Source of the DNA: Candidatus Thorarchaeota archaeon
GTDB lineage: Archaea > Asgardarchaeota > Thorarchaeia > Thorarchaeales > Thorarchaeaceae
Assembly (NCBI GenBank): GCA_048884965.1
Contig: JBHLQH010000001.1
Span: 1 to 64,000, forward strand
DNA length: 64,000 bases
Direction of reading: 5' to 3'
Shown here in pieces: positions 10,010 to 20,812 of this stretch; positions within the stretch are counted from its first letter, which is position 1; every line of letters begins with the position of its first letter. A program made the position numbers and the translations under genes. Below the pieces are notes generated by a model. That model saw only the letters and a program-made list of their open reading frames with translations. It was not told the origin of the DNA and did no database searches.

Positions 10010-11557
10010 ATGACTAACGAGAAATTCGAGGAACTGAAGCGGAAACGAGAAGAGGCAGCTCTTGGCGGTGGCGAAGATCGGATCAAGAAGCAGCACGAGG
10101 CAGGAAAGTATACTGCCCGGGAGCGTATCGAGAAGCTACTCGATCCCGGTTCCTTTGTCGAGATAGATGAGTTCGTCGTTCATCGTGAGCACAATTTCGG
10201 GATGGATGAGAAGAAGATCCTTGGTGATGGAGTAGTCACGGGTTTCGGTACTATCAGCGGTCGCAAGGTCTACATCTTTAGTCAGGACTTCACAGTGTTT
10301 GGAGGTGCGCTTGCAGAGAAATACGGTGAGAAGATATGCAAGGTCATGGATCTTGCTATGGATACTGGTGCTCCAGTCATTGGTCTGAATGACAGTGGCG
10401 GTGCTCGCATCCAAGAAGGAGTAAAATCGCTCGCTAGTTACTGCTGGATATTCAGACGCAACACTCTTGCTAGTGGCGTCGTTCCGCAGATTTCAGCTAT
10501 CATGGGTCCCTGTGCAGGTGGAGCCGTCTACAGCCCTGCGGTCACCGACTTCACATTGATGGTCAAAGGCACATCTCATATGTTCATTACGGGTCCGGAT
10601 GTCATTAAGACAGTAACCGGTGAGGAAGTCACCTTCGAAGAGCTCGGTGGTGCTATGACTCACAACAGCGTGAGCGGAGTCGCCAGCTTTGCGAGTGAGG
10701 ATGAAGATCATTGCTTTGATCAGATCAAGACCCTTCTCAGTTACATCCCTAGCAACAACATGGAGGATCCGCCACGATTCGATACAGGCCATGCACCTGA
10801 TGATGTGGATGAGTCTATTGACGATATAATCCCTGATGACTCAAACAAACCTTATGACATGCGAGATATCGTTCGGAAACTTGTTGATAATGGTGAGTTC
10901 TTCGAGGTTCATGAGCACTGGGCTCAGAATATGATGGCTGGCTTTGCTAGATTCGATGGCCGTTCAGTTGGCATTGTCGGACAGAATCCTGCATTCCTAG
11001 CCGGGACCATTGACATCAATGCCTCTGATAAGTGCTCTCGTTTCGTTAGGTTCTGTGATGCGTTCAATATCCCTGTCATCACGTTCATGGACGTCCCTGG
11101 CTACCTACCCGGTACGAATCAAGAGTGGGGTGGTATCATTCGTCACGGGGCAAAGATCCTTTATGCTTACGCTGAGGCTACTGTTCCTCTCATCACTATC
11201 ATCACTAGGAAAGGCTATGGTGGTGCATACGATGTAATGGCATCTCGCCACATCGGCGCGGACCTCGTCTATGCATGGCCTTCTGCAGAAATCGCAGTGA
11301 TGGGTCCTGATGGTGCTATCAACATCATCTTCCGAAAGGAGATTGCAGAGGCCAAGGACAAGGAGAAGCGACGCAAGGAGCTTGCGAAGGAGTACCGTGA
11401 GAAGTTTGCCAATCCATATATTGCCGCTGAGCTGGGCTACATTGACAAGGTCATCTTTCCACATGAGACTCGCCTATTAATCTGCAAGGGTCTCGATATG
11501 CTTGAGAGCAAGAGACAGAGTAGACCTCCGAAGAAGCATGGTAATATTCCGCTCTGA
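10010..11557 (+). CDS. pccB: Acyl-CoA carboxylase carboxyltransferase beta subunit (propionyl-/methylmalonyl-CoA; 12S-like)
   Basis: [57 protein letters not shown]-terminus. Confidence 0.93.
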   Translation: MTNEKFEELKRKREEAALGGGEDRIKKQHEAGKYTARERIEKLLDPGSFVEIDEFVVHREHNFGMDEKKILGDGVVTGFGTISGRKVYIFSQDFTVFGGALAEKYGEKICKVMDLAMDTGAPVIGLNDSGGARIQEGVKSLASYCWIFRRNTLASGVVPQISAIMGPCAGGAVYSPAVTDFTLMVKGTSHMFITGPDVIKTVTGEEVTFEELGGAMTHNSVSGVASFASEDEDHCFDQIKTLLSYIPSNNMEDPPRFDTGHAPDDVDESIDDIIPDDSNKPYDMRDIVRKLVDNGEFFEVHEHWAQNMMAGFARFDGRSVGIVGQNPAFLAGTIDINASDKCSRFVRFCDAFNIPVITFMDVPGYLPGTNQEWGGIIRHGAKILYAYAEATVPLITIITRKGYGGAYDVMASRHIGADLVYAWPSAEIAVMGPDGAINIIFRKEIAEAKDKEKRRKELAKEYREKFANPYIAAELGYIDKVIFPHETRLLICKGLDMLESKRQSRPPKKHGNIPL

Positions 11558-11569
11558 TTTGCAGGACGA

Positions 11570-12931
11570 TCATTCCTTTCTTGTGCAGGTTTGCTCCCAG
11601 ACAGCTATCAACTGCATAAGATGCTCATCTTTTGGAGCTATCCGACGAGCTTGTTGGATTGCCTCCTGAGCTTCGTTACACCTACCTGTGATAGTTAGGA
11701 AGAGTCCAAGGTTAGTCCAAGATTTTACATCGTGAGGTCCATAATGAGCGGCTTTTCTTAATGCAGGCTCAGCTTCTGTATTTCTTCCCAATTGAATACA
11801 AGTGACTCCGAGATCTGACCAAGCTCGATAGTGTAATGGATCGCATTCTACTGTCTTCTTTAAAGCCGAAAGAGTTTCCTCGAGGCGCTTATTCTGATCA
11901 TAATAGCATGCTAATTGGTACCAGGCATTTGTGTAATCTGGCATCAACTCGATGACCTGTTTCAGGGCCTGTTCGCCTTCCTCACCTTTTCCTTGACCTA
12001 GAAGAGATTTACCCAGATTCATCCATGCAATGTGATTGTTCTTATCCAAATCAAGGACCTTTCGTAGAGCTTCTTCTGCGTTTTCGTATTCTCCTTCATT
12101 GACCAGAACTGCACCTAGATTTACTCTTGCACCAATATGTTCAGGTGAGAGAGCAAGCACCTTTTCATACACTTTCCTTTCTTCAGCATATTTGTTCTGG
12201 ACTGAATATATCAAACCAAGACTATACCAGATATCAGCATCATTTGGATTGATTTCGGAAGCCATCTGATAGCATCTTTCTGCATTGCTTACATCCCCTA
12301 TTCTTTGGTAGATATTTCCCACCTTGGCTAATAACTCCGCATTCGTGCCATCAATTTCAATTATTTTCTCACACGCTTCAGATACACTGTTCACTTTACG
12401 AAGATTATATCTTAGTACAGCAAGTTGGTACCATGCTGAAACAATCGCTTCCTTTGGAAACAAGTTTTCATCAGAGAGTTTCTCAAGTGACATTTGTAGG
12501 ATATTCTCAGCTTCTTGAAATTCGTTTTTTTCTTGGAGAGATGAGCAAAGGTTCAATGCTGCGATGATATTTTCTGGATTATACTGAACTGCTTTTCGAT
12601 ACGCTTCCTCTGCAGCCCCGTCCATTCCAGATAGTCGAATATACAGATTCCCTAAGTTTGACCAAATGAATGAGCTATCTTCTATATGTTCGAGAGCCTG
12701 CTTTGCTAGTGCTATAGCTTGTAGTGTTTCTCCGAAATCCTGATGTATTGCGATCAGATTTAGCCATGCCGCATCGAATTCAGGGTATATCTCAAGAGCT
12801 TTCTCATACATAGCTTTTGCTTCTAATTTCTGACCACTCATTTCATACTTGAGAGCATCCTCAAACAATGCCCATGCTTCAGGTGGTGTGTTCTCCTTTG
12901 CTGATTTTGTCAGTGAGTTACTTGGATTCAT
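11570..12931 (-). CDS. Tetratricopeptide repeat protein (about 11-12 TPRs)
   Basis: Repeated 34-aa W.NLG..Y...G...EA...Y.KA....P pattern throughout. Confidence 0.9.
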   Translation of the reverse strand: MNPSNSLTKSAKENTPPEAWALFEDALKYEMSGQKLEAKAMYEKALEIYPEFDAAWLNLIAIHQDFGETLQAIALAKQALEHIEDSSFIWSNLGNLYIRLSGMDGAAEEAYRKAVQYNPENIIAALNLCSSLQEKNEFQEAENILQMSLEKLSDENLFPKEAIVSAWYQLAVLRYNLRKVNSVSEACEKIIEIDGTNAELLAKVGNIYQRIGDVSNAERCYQMASEINPNDADIWYSLGLIYSVQNKYAEERKVYEKVLALSPEHIGARVNLGAVLVNEGEYENAEEALRKVLDLDKNNHIAWMNLGKSLLGQGKGEEGEQALKQVIELMPDYTNAWYQLACYYDQNKRLEETLSALKKTVECDPLHYRAWSDLGVTCIQLGRNTEAEPALRKAAHYGPHDVKSWTNLGLFLTITGRCNEAQEAIQQARRIAPKDEHLMQLIAVWEQTCTRKE

Positions 12932-13274
12932 CACTCATCCCCCCAAATCGAAAATGTCCTCCTTGAGGTGCTTGTTCAAGTGACCAAACATTACCATACG
13001 GATCTGATTGAGTATAAGTTCCACATAAAACACAGTAGAATATATCGTATGATAATGGTTCAAGTGTCAAACTCCTTGAGTACTGAATAGGTTTTGCGCC
13101 GCATTTTGCACATGAATCTGCCAGGATGCTTATCTCTCCCTCTGGAGCCGATGCTCTGAAATTCGAGTAGCAATCAAGACAAGAAATCAAATTATAGTAG
13201 TGCACATAGGCTTTCCATTGAACGTTCTTCTTACCGCATGTTGGACATGTTGGATCAAAATAATCATATTTCAT
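12918..13274 (-). CDS. Double zinc-ribbon protein
   Basis: Four CxxC motifs (CPTC, CLDC, CAKC, CVLC); overlaps the start of the TPR gene. Confidence 0.7.
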   Translation of the reverse strand: MKYDYFDPTCPTCGKKNVQWKAYVHYYNLISCLDCYSNFRASAPEGEISILADSCAKCGAKPIQYSRSLTLEPLSYDIFYCVLCGTYTQSDPYGNVWSLEQAPQGGHFRFGGMSDESK

Positions 13275-13467
13275 TTGAAATGCCCTCTGAGGTTATTTGG
13301 AAGAAAGGTCCTAATATATCGTATGAGCAAGGTAACAAATGATGGGGTGGTTCCTACGTGTTCACGAGTGCATTCTGATTATTCCCGAGATTATATTGGA
13401 CTTCAAGGCAACATCTTAAAAGCATCCACAGAAATTGATTCACAGGTAATCGTGGAGGAGACCTACA

Positions 13468-15147
13468 GTGAAGCAAAACCAGTTTCATATCATGCTAATC
13501 ATATTCCTATTAGGAACAACCGCAATTCCAATATGGGGCTGCTTTCAGATGCAGTCAAGCGGGTTTATTCCTCTGGATACGGTCAGTAATAATTTGAGAT
13601 TATACTTCCCATCCGATGTTTTCATATCAACTGCAACACTGTGGAACGAAACATTTGCAGGCGAAGGTATGAATGAGGTATGGGATCTTGTTGAAACTCC
13701 GAGTGGGACCTTGTTTGCTGCAGGTTCGACTGAATATGAGTTTGGGGGAGGAGATTATGGGCTTCAGATCTATTGGCTCAGTCAAACCCTTGACGCATCT
13801 TTAAAGACGCAGTCACATACAGGAAGTAATGGTACTGAGGCTGCGTACTCTGTTGCGAGGACATCTGATGGACTCTACCATATGGTAGGTCTTGCAGAGA
13901 CTTGGTATCCAACCTCAGCAGGTGGTACAGATGTATATCTGCAATCAGTAGGCTCTGCGCTATACTCTCCAGACTCCTATTATGGAGGACCTGAGAATGA
14001 TGTCGGATGGTCGATTACTGCAGTGAATGGTGAAGACCTAGCTATCGGAGGATCTACTGAAAGTTTCGGACATGGTATGAAGGATGTATGGTTTCTCTTT
14101 ATTGAATCAGAGAATATTCATACCGGCGAAGAGCTAGGTGCAAAGACACCTCTCTCATGGAATCGGACATACGGCGGTCCAGATGACGACGAAGCCTTCT
14201 CGGTTATTTCCTGCAGTGGTGGTGGATTTGCACTGGCTGGATACACCGAAAGTAATGGTAATGGAAACAAGGATGGATGGTTGCTACGGATCAATCAGGA
14301 TGGAGATCAGCTTTGGAATGTAACTCTTGGCGGAGCCAGTGACGATGTCTTCTACTCTCTGATTGAATGTTCTGAAGGTGGTTTTGCTCTAGTTGGGACG
14401 ACCCTAAGTCTGGGTTCTGGTGCCGAGGATCTCTGGATGGTACGCACTGATGCCACAGGACAGCTACTTTGGCAGCAGACATTTGGAGGGAGCGCTTCAG
14501 ACTTTGGGCGGGATATAATTGAAGCATCTGACGGTCGCTATGCCATGGCAGGTTACACAAAGAGCTCAGGTGCAGGGAATTTTGATGCTTGGTTTCTCTT
14601 GACGGATATCAATGGAACACTAATTCATGAACGCACTCATGGTGGTTCCGCGGCAGATGGAGTTTATGCTGTTATTGAGTCCGATTTCGGAGGGTTTGCA
14701 ATCGCAGGATATACTGAGAGCTATGCTGCAGACAATCGGGACGCGTGGCTGATTCGAATCCCTGAACTATCTCCTCCGGAATGGAGTGAACCACTCACAG
14801 ATCAAACAGGATTCTCTCATGCAAACTTCAGCTATGATTTGAATGTCAGCGATTCATCTGCAATTGCCTCATGGTCGCTGAATGACACATCCATTTTCAG
14901 TATAGATCGCAATGGTATCATCACGAATGCTGTTGACCTCCTTGCTGGTGTCTACGGAATTGAGGTGTCTGTGAGTGATGAATTCGGTAATACCTTGATA
15001 GGAATGCTAACTATCACGATTGTGGATGATCTAACTCATCTCATATTAGGGATTGCAGGTGTGGGAATCGCATCAATCCTAGTTCTCTCGCTCTTCGTCT
15101 GTGTAAGAAAGTCAAAGCTATCTTCACCCTCTTCAAGTAGCATGTAG
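13468..15147 (+). CDS. Cell-surface protein: beta-propeller repeats, cadherin-like domain and C-terminal TM anchor
   Basis: Signal peptide; about 7-8 W.xTYGG..DD....I...DGGF.LAGYT repeats; PPEW..YDLNVSD..FSID.NGII..YGIEVSVSD cadherin-like unit; TM helix plus RKSK. Confidence 0.8.
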   Translation: MKQNQFHIMLIIFLLGTTAIPIWGCFQMQSSGFIPLDTVSNNLRLYFPSDVFISTATLWNETFAGEGMNEVWDLVETPSGTLFAAGSTEYEFGGGDYGLQIYWLSQTLDASLKTQSHTGSNGTEAAYSVARTSDGLYHMVGLAETWYPTSAGGTDVYLQSVGSALYSPDSYYGGPENDVGWSITAVNGEDLAIGGSTESFGHGMKDVWFLFIESENIHTGEELGAKTPLSWNRTYGGPDDDEAFSVISCSGGGFALAGYTESNGNGNKDGWLLRINQDGDQLWNVTLGGASDDVFYSLIECSEGGFALVGTTLSLGSGAEDLWMVRTDATGQLLWQQTFGGSASDFGRDIIEASDGRYAMAGYTKSSGAGNFDAWFLLTDINGTLIHERTHGGSAADGVYAVIESDFGGFAIAGYTESYAADNRDAWLIRIPELSPPEWSEPLTDQTGFSHANFSYDLNVSDSSAIASWSLNDTSIFSIDRNGIITNAVDLLAGVYGIEVSVSDEFGNTLIGMLTITIVDDLTHLILGIAGVGIASILVLSLFVCVRKSKLSSPSSSSM

Positions 15148-15195
15148 GAGCTACTTCAACTCTAGGGAAGGAATGATTACAATGTCATCCCTTTC

Positions 15196-18100
15196 CTATG
15201 AGCCTGTATCATCTACATGTTCATGTGCATCATGAGTGATTTCTTCTCCCTCTTCGTTAACATCAAGATCTGTCTTCTTGGTCATCCCAGGAATGCTCCT
15301 AACGATTCTCGAAGACGCGAATGGAATCAATACCAAGAATACAACAGGAAGCAAGATGATGGCTGCCATAGAGTAATTCTTGAGGAAATCAAGTTGCATG
15401 ATGGTTGTGGCTCCGAGGATTAGCAAGAACATCAAGAACTTAATCCGAATCGATGATCCAGTTCTTCCCACAAGTAGAGCTTGTTCCTCATCGACGATAT
15501 GTTTCGGTGTGCCTGCAACTTTCATATCCTCGATTCTACGCAGTCCTTTCCGAATCTCGCGATAGAAGCTGACGACGACTACAACAATGCTACTCATATA
15601 GGTGACTAGCACTGTCGCAAGCAATGGCGCAATCATTATCTCACCAACGACAATCTGCGGTACAAAGTAGATGTATCGGTCAAACATCTGTACGGAAGCT
15701 CCATAGGTGAATATGAGGAACACAATGAATGGTACGAGAAGGAGATGCCAAACACCAAGGGCAATCCTACGCTTGCTCAGCTGTCCTTGAAGCAGGATAG
15801 AAGAGTATGCATCCCGATAGAGCCAAAGCCCGTACAGAAGCACTGACGCTCCTAGCAGGATGATACTTTCGATAACTGCAAGTCCAAAGTTTCCTTCTGA
15901 GGATATTAACCAAGAGTGCAGGAACAGCAGTCCCGAGGAAGCAATGATAACCGCATAGATCTTGTCCAATTGGTTAATGCTCCTAGTGACTTCTTCGATC
16001 TTTCTTGGGGATGTTGTCACAACTGAGGATACTTTGACAAATAATATCATGCCAATAAGGCTCAGGAGAAGTGCGAATCCTGCGGCCATTGATACTTGTT
16101 CTATGCTCAATGAGTCCATGCCCGGAATGAACACCTCTACGAAGATTTCTTTCCAGCTACTTCCTGGTCCAGAAAGACTTCCGCTTATGGTGACTGATAT
16201 ATTGTAGTATCCATAGGGTGTATTCCCGATATCGAATGCGATAGAATAAGTACCTGGTATTTCTGTTTCTTCTGCGACACCACTCATTTCTGCAAAATCA
16301 ACCAATACCATTAGGTCTATCACAGGAATCTCGTATTGATCAGAAACATCGATCATGATTACCAACGTTGAGAACTGGACCGGCTCCAGAGATGACGGCT
16401 TGATTTCGATAATGGGGTCAGCTATTACAGTCAAATTGCTGCTCCACTGACCTTGATGCAGAAACTCATGTTCGACGGTGACAGTGTAAGGATGAACTCC
16501 ATATGGCCAGCCCATGGTTGAGATTTCAGTCTGATACAGCCCTTCACTGATGTGCTCAAGAGCATAGGATGTCCCTCGTATTCGCAAAGAAACAGTTGCA
16601 TCTACTATATCTGTGCCCAGCCAATCCTCCACGTGAATTTCTATAGTAGTAGTGTTTCCCTGTCCAACGCTCCAACCATCTGGCGGATCCACCATGAACA
16701 TCGCATCGGACAGAACACGTAAATCATAGATGCCCTTGCCAGCATAGCTGAATCCTGAACCGTAGTAGACGGTGAAATTCCATGTCCCGACTTTATAGGT
16801 CGCGTTTAGTGTTGCCGCAAATCTCCCAATCGAGAGTTGAGTTGCAGTCACATTCCTACCATCTATCTCTAGAATAACCCATGTATCACTAGGTGCTGTG
16901 CCATGTACATCGCTGATGAATACTACAACCACGAAATCTTCACCCCCTTCTACAGGAGGTATGTCTGGAACCTCAAGGATAAGATCTCCCCAGGTGGCAA
17001 TCTGGATTTCTCCAAAATCTGTTCCTTGCAGATAATCTTGCTCTACAAATATCTCGAATGTGTGGTTCCCTGTCCTGAATGTTGCACTCGAATTCAAGTA
17101 ATAGCATCCTGGAGCCAATTCACTAAGAGTCAACTCATAGCTTCCACTTACCATCATCACATACGCGTTCTCTAGGGGATTGCCAAACATGTCGGTTATG
17201 TTCAACCAGCCCCTGAGCGCTTCATCTTGTTCTATCATTGTGGGTATATCTTGATTGATTTGGAGCTCACCTGTTTCTATCCTAAAGACTGTTGCAGCAG
17301 AGGATTCAGCTGCGGCAAATGGATGGCTGGCTGTCGCATTCACCGAATATTGTCCGGGAATCAGATTCACATTCGGAATGATTAATCGGTATTGTGGATC
17401 CAGATAGGTAGTAAGGTAGGAATCTCCATCTAGTAAAACAGTAACAGACGCATCAGGAACCCTTGATCCTAGACTATCAGTTACGGTGATGTCTGCAGAA
17501 AATGTATTATTTTGCAATACAACTTCTCTAGTATAGACTATCACATCTAATTCGCTTCTCACCGTTAGTGCATTTGGATAGTATGCTTCCCATTGATCGT
17601 AAAGGTCATGGTCCACTCTCAGACTGAAGTTGACAATGCCCATGGGCCAGTTCGCAGCGACAGCTGTAGAGTAGTTGGAGGTCCCATAGATTAGTGCCTT
17701 CGTTTGATTGATGATCGAACTCCCTGATTGAAAGTGTATTGTGAGATAGACCTCAGCATCGCTGATCACCTCGGAATAGATATTGGTGACATCCACGAAT
17801 AATGGCAATGAATCTCCTTGTTGAAGGTCATCAGGATTGTAAGAAAGAGAAGCATTCAAGCGTCGAATCAGCACGATATCTCGTATCACTCCAATCTTAG
17901 TCACTCCATTTTGCACCAGTGGGTAGACCACAATCTCTTCTCCGTAGCCGAGATCGATGTTACTCAATCGCATGGAACCGTAGCCTTGACCTACGACCAT
18001 TGTGCGTTCAACAATGCCATCTAGTGATACGATGGTCAGTTTTTCATCCTGCTTTGTGAAGACTCCAACTTCATCTTCACCATCACCATCGAAGTCTACA

Positions 18101-20721
18101 ACTACTGAGCTGAGGAAATCTGCTGTGCTGATGGGGGCGTCCCACTCTATCACAACAGGAGCATCCAACCTGAACAGCGTAAGATCTCCAGTTAGATAAT
18201 CGATTCCATATGCTTCATCGGTTCCATCGTTTTCTACATCAATCAAATCCAGATAGAAATAGAGATGATTCGGATTCGTTATCAGTGTCGTTTCATTTAT
18301 TCTAGGAGTATTCGCATCGAACATATGGAATCCACAGGAGAATCCAATTGGATCCACTAAGAACAGATACACCATGAATTTGACTCGTGGTTCTGAGGCA
18401 TTATGATAGGAGTACATGCCTGCAGGAATCGTCATCAAGTGGTCGGCGCTAGTGACATTATGCGTCGAGATTCTACTCATGCTTGTCGCATTTATGATAT
18501 CTACAGGTCCAGTACTGATTGACACACATGCTTCTACAGACTGATCGTTAATCGTACTTGCTAGACTCAATCCATAATATTCAGCATGACCTCCAGACAG
18601 TTTCGTTTCAGTCCATGAGCCATCCATTCGCATTCGCAAGAGGAATCCATCATGTGTAGTGCTATTCTCAGCAACAAGGAACACCTCGTCTATATCATCA
18701 TTATCACAATCATAGGTTTGAGCGGATTGTGGGCTTCTGAAATCCAGATGTGGATACTGACTTGAGAACCAAGGCGTCCCAGATGACCCATGATAGATTG
18801 ACACATTGATTTTTCCTATAGAAGCATTATAGAGAATAACAACTGGATCCAGGATATTATCTCCATCCATCATTCCTGTATAGAGCCAGAAGTCGCTGAA
18901 AGTTCCATTCGCAACTATTGCTAGCGATTGATTCTCTCCCCGAGGAGAATATCGTTCCAAGCGCACTTCATCGATATCCGAATCAAGGATATAGATCACC
19001 TCGCTACCATCTGATGTATTTCCAATATCCATCAAGTGATGCTCAAGGGCTGTAGCTTGATTCTTCGTTTCTGACCATGCGATATGACCTGCAACTGTGA
19101 AATTAACAGGATGTGTTTCATTGCCCAAGGTACCAATGTTTAGGTATGTATCTTGGAATAGTAAATAGTACTCATAGAATCCTTCTGGCAATCCAACAAG
19201 GAATGCAAAGTATTGAGTTCCAGCGTTTTGAAGTTCGTCTGGTTGACTCCAATTCCCAAATTCATATCGCATATAGATCTCTGCCAAGATGATTGCCGTA
19301 TCATCTTCTATTCCTACTTCGATCTCAATGTAGGGGTCTCGAAGAGTTGGATGTGGAGGTGATAGAGGTTCAGGGATAATGATAGGTGCTTGGACATCGC
19401 TGAGCAAGATATAGACAAACTGGCCCTCTATTACAGCGATATCATCTCTTCCATTATTGTTGATATCATATATTCGGATCTGACCTGGTTTACTTGATAT
19501 TGTTGGGTCCTCATAGCCTATGGAACCATCTACTCCACGGAGAAAGCCTACATTGCCGTCTACGGCGGTAAGGATTGCAAAATCCGTGAGATTATCAGCA
19601 TCGATATATCCATAGTCCAAGATCGGGCTTGGAGGGTCTCCAACTATTGGTCCTTGCGGGGCTCCTTGGATTTCTACCGTGTAGCGAATAATTGAACCAT
19701 TGGTCCCATCAATGTACACAGATCGATTTGGTACTGTTGGAGCAACTATGAGATCCTCTTGAGTATCATGATTGAGGAATCCCCTGGTGACAACGCTTCG
19801 ACTGGGGAGTCCATTAGTGGTGTAAATTGTACTCATTGTAGAGGGTGTAATTGTTGTCAGATTGCCATCAAAGATCATGACTGCAACATCGTCAAGTCCT
19901 GAACCAAACTGGAATCTTGCCAATCCATTGATTTGATCGTGAAAGATTATGCTATCAATCAGAGAACCATTTCCAGCAATCATACTCATGTTCGCTATCT
20001 TCGAGCCTGGCCAGACACCTAATGCAATCGAATCTTGAGAGGGTTCCAGAAAACGACCGATTGCATAACCAGAGATACTATCTCCAACTTCTAGGGAGTA
20101 ATTACCTAGGAGTTGATCCGTTTGGATGTCTAACATTATGACTCCATAGCGGACAAATATCGCCACATCTAGATTCGAGTCATCATTGAAGGTGCCCGTA
20201 GCGATTCCAGTTGGATCGTTTATTGAAACGTTGTATGAGGTGGTATATCCGTCATTAAAGTCAACCAGCAGCAAATTAAATGCAGTTCCATTGTCGTTCA
20301 ATATCAGGAACTCGGTGCTACCATCATCGTCCATATCAGCTCCAGTAATGGTCTTCTCTTGGAGAGTTCCTGACTCAACAGATTGGTTCAATGTTACATC
20401 ATTTATGGGGTCTACAAATCTCAAGTAATCGGCATTGTCATCCGAATATGCAAATCCCCTATAGCTACTCACATTGCCCATCGCTATATAATCCGACTGA
20501 GCAGTAAGCTGAACTGTAAGACGTGTATCATCTGCCGCAATCAATGCTGTGTGCCCTGGATCAATAGATGCAGAGTCTGCATAGGTGCAGGATACATCAC
20601 CGGACATGATAGGGAAAATCACGAAGGCAACCAAGAAACCTATGAGTATGCACTTGATTGAATCAAGTTCATAGTTCCTCAACTGACGTGCTTGAATTCT
20701 AGACGCAGCATCTCTAACCAT
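15196..20721 (-). CDS. Giant surface protein: two FG-GAP/VCBS beta-propellers, about 7 Ig-like domains, C-terminal seven-TM domain
   Basis: DxDxDG blade loops (DMDDDG, DINNNG, DFDGDG and others), six V.D..G..V.DA.V Ig-like repeats, seven hydrophobic helices in the last ~300 aa; ATG 20721 after GGAG (ORF track starts at 20826). Confidence 0.8.
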   Translation of the reverse strand: MVRDAASRIQARQLRNYELDSIKCILIGFLVAFVIFPIMSGDVSCTYADSASIDPGHTALIAADDTRLTVQLTAQSDYIAMGNVSSYRGFAYSDDNADYLRFVDPINDVTLNQSVESGTLQEKTITGADMDDDGSTEFLILNDNGTAFNLLLVDFNDGYTTSYNVSINDPTGIATGTFNDDSNLDVAIFVRYGVIMLDIQTDQLLGNYSLEVGDSISGYAIGRFLEPSQDSIALGVWPGSKIANMSMIAGNGSLIDSIIFHDQINGLARFQFGSGLDDVAVMIFDGNLTTITPSTMSTIYTTNGLPSRSVVTRGFLNHDTQEDLIVAPTVPNRSVYIDGTNGSIIRYTVEIQGAPQGPIVGDPPSPILDYGYIDADNLTDFAILTAVDGNVGFLRGVDGSIGYEDPTISSKPGQIRIYDINNNGRDDIAVIEGQFVYILLSDVQAPIIIPEPLSPPHPTLRDPYIEIEVGIEDDTAIILAEIYMRYEFGNWSQPDELQNAGTQYFAFLVGLPEGFYEYYLLFQDTYLNIGTLGNETHPVNFTVAGHIAWSETKNQATALEHHLMDIGNTSDGSEVIYILDSDIDEVRLERYSPRGENQSLAIVANGTFSDFWLYTGMMDGDNILDPVVILYNASIGKINVSIYHGSSGTPWFSSQYPHLDFRSPQSAQTYDCDNDDIDEVFLVAENSTTHDGFLLRMRMDGSWTETKLSGGHAEYYGLSLASTINDQSVEACVSISTGPVDIINATSMSRISTHNVTSADHLMTIPAGMYSYHNASEPRVKFMVYLFLVDPIGFSCGFHMFDANTPRINETTLITNPNHLYFYLDLIDVENDGTDEAYGIDYLTGDLTLFRLDAPVVIEWDAPISTADFLSSVVVDFDGDGEDEVGVFTKQDEKLTIVSLDGIVERTMVVGQGYGSMRLSNIDLGYGEEIVVYPLVQNGVTKIGVIRDIVLIRRLNASLSYNPDDLQQGDSLPLFVDVTNIYSEVISDAEVYLTIHFQSGSSIINQTKALIYGTSNYSTAVAANWPMGIVNFSLRVDHDLYDQWEAYYPNALTVRSELDVIVYTREVVLQNNTFSADITVTDSLGSRVPDASVTVLLDGDSYLTTYLDPQYRLIIPNVNLIPGQYSVNATASHPFAAAESSAATVFRIETGELQINQDIPTMIEQDEALRGWLNITDMFGNPLENAYVMMVSGSYELTLSELAPGCYYLNSSATFRTGNHTFEIFVEQDYLQGTDFGEIQIATWGDLILEVPDIPPVEGGEDFVVVVFISDVHGTAPSDTWVILEIDGRNVTATQLSIGRFAATLNATYKVGTWNFTVYYGSGFSYAGKGIYDLRVLSDAMFMVDPPDGWSVGQGNTTTIEIHVEDWLGTDIVDATVSLRIRGTSYALEHISEGLYQTEISTMGWPYGVHPYTVTVEHEFLHQGQWSSNLTVIADPIIEIKPSSLEPVQFSTLVIMIDVSDQYEIPVIDLMVLVDFAEMSGVAEETEIPGTYSIAFDIGNTPYGYYNISVTISGSLSGPGSSWKEIFVEVFIPGMDSLSIEQVSMAAGFALLLSLIGMILFVKVSSVVTTSPRKIEEVTRSINQLDKIYAVIIASSGLLFLHSWLISSEGNFGLAVIESIILLGASVLLYGLWLYRDAYSSILLQGQLSKRRIALGVWHLLLVPFIVFLIFTYGASVQMFDRYIYFVPQIVVGEIMIAPLLATVLVTYMSSIVVVVVSFYREIRKGLRRIEDMKVAGTPKHIVDEEQALLVGRTGSSIRIKFLMFLLILGATTIMQLDFLKNYSMAAIILLPVVFLVLIPFASSRIVRSIPGMTKKTDLDVNEEGEEITHDAHEHVDDTGS

Positions 20722-20812
20722 TGCTACTCCATCCCTTGCGAATACATTCTGTAGTAGCAAATGGGGCATTTTTATGTTTCCGAAGCCATTATAGATTAAC
20801 ACTAGAAAGTCT

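Noticed and set aside
15196-16110. RDAY after TM3 and LPVVF in TM7 as DRY and NPxxY equivalents
   Set aside because: Too short and degenerate to count as evidence of homology to class A GPCRs; only the topology is claimed.
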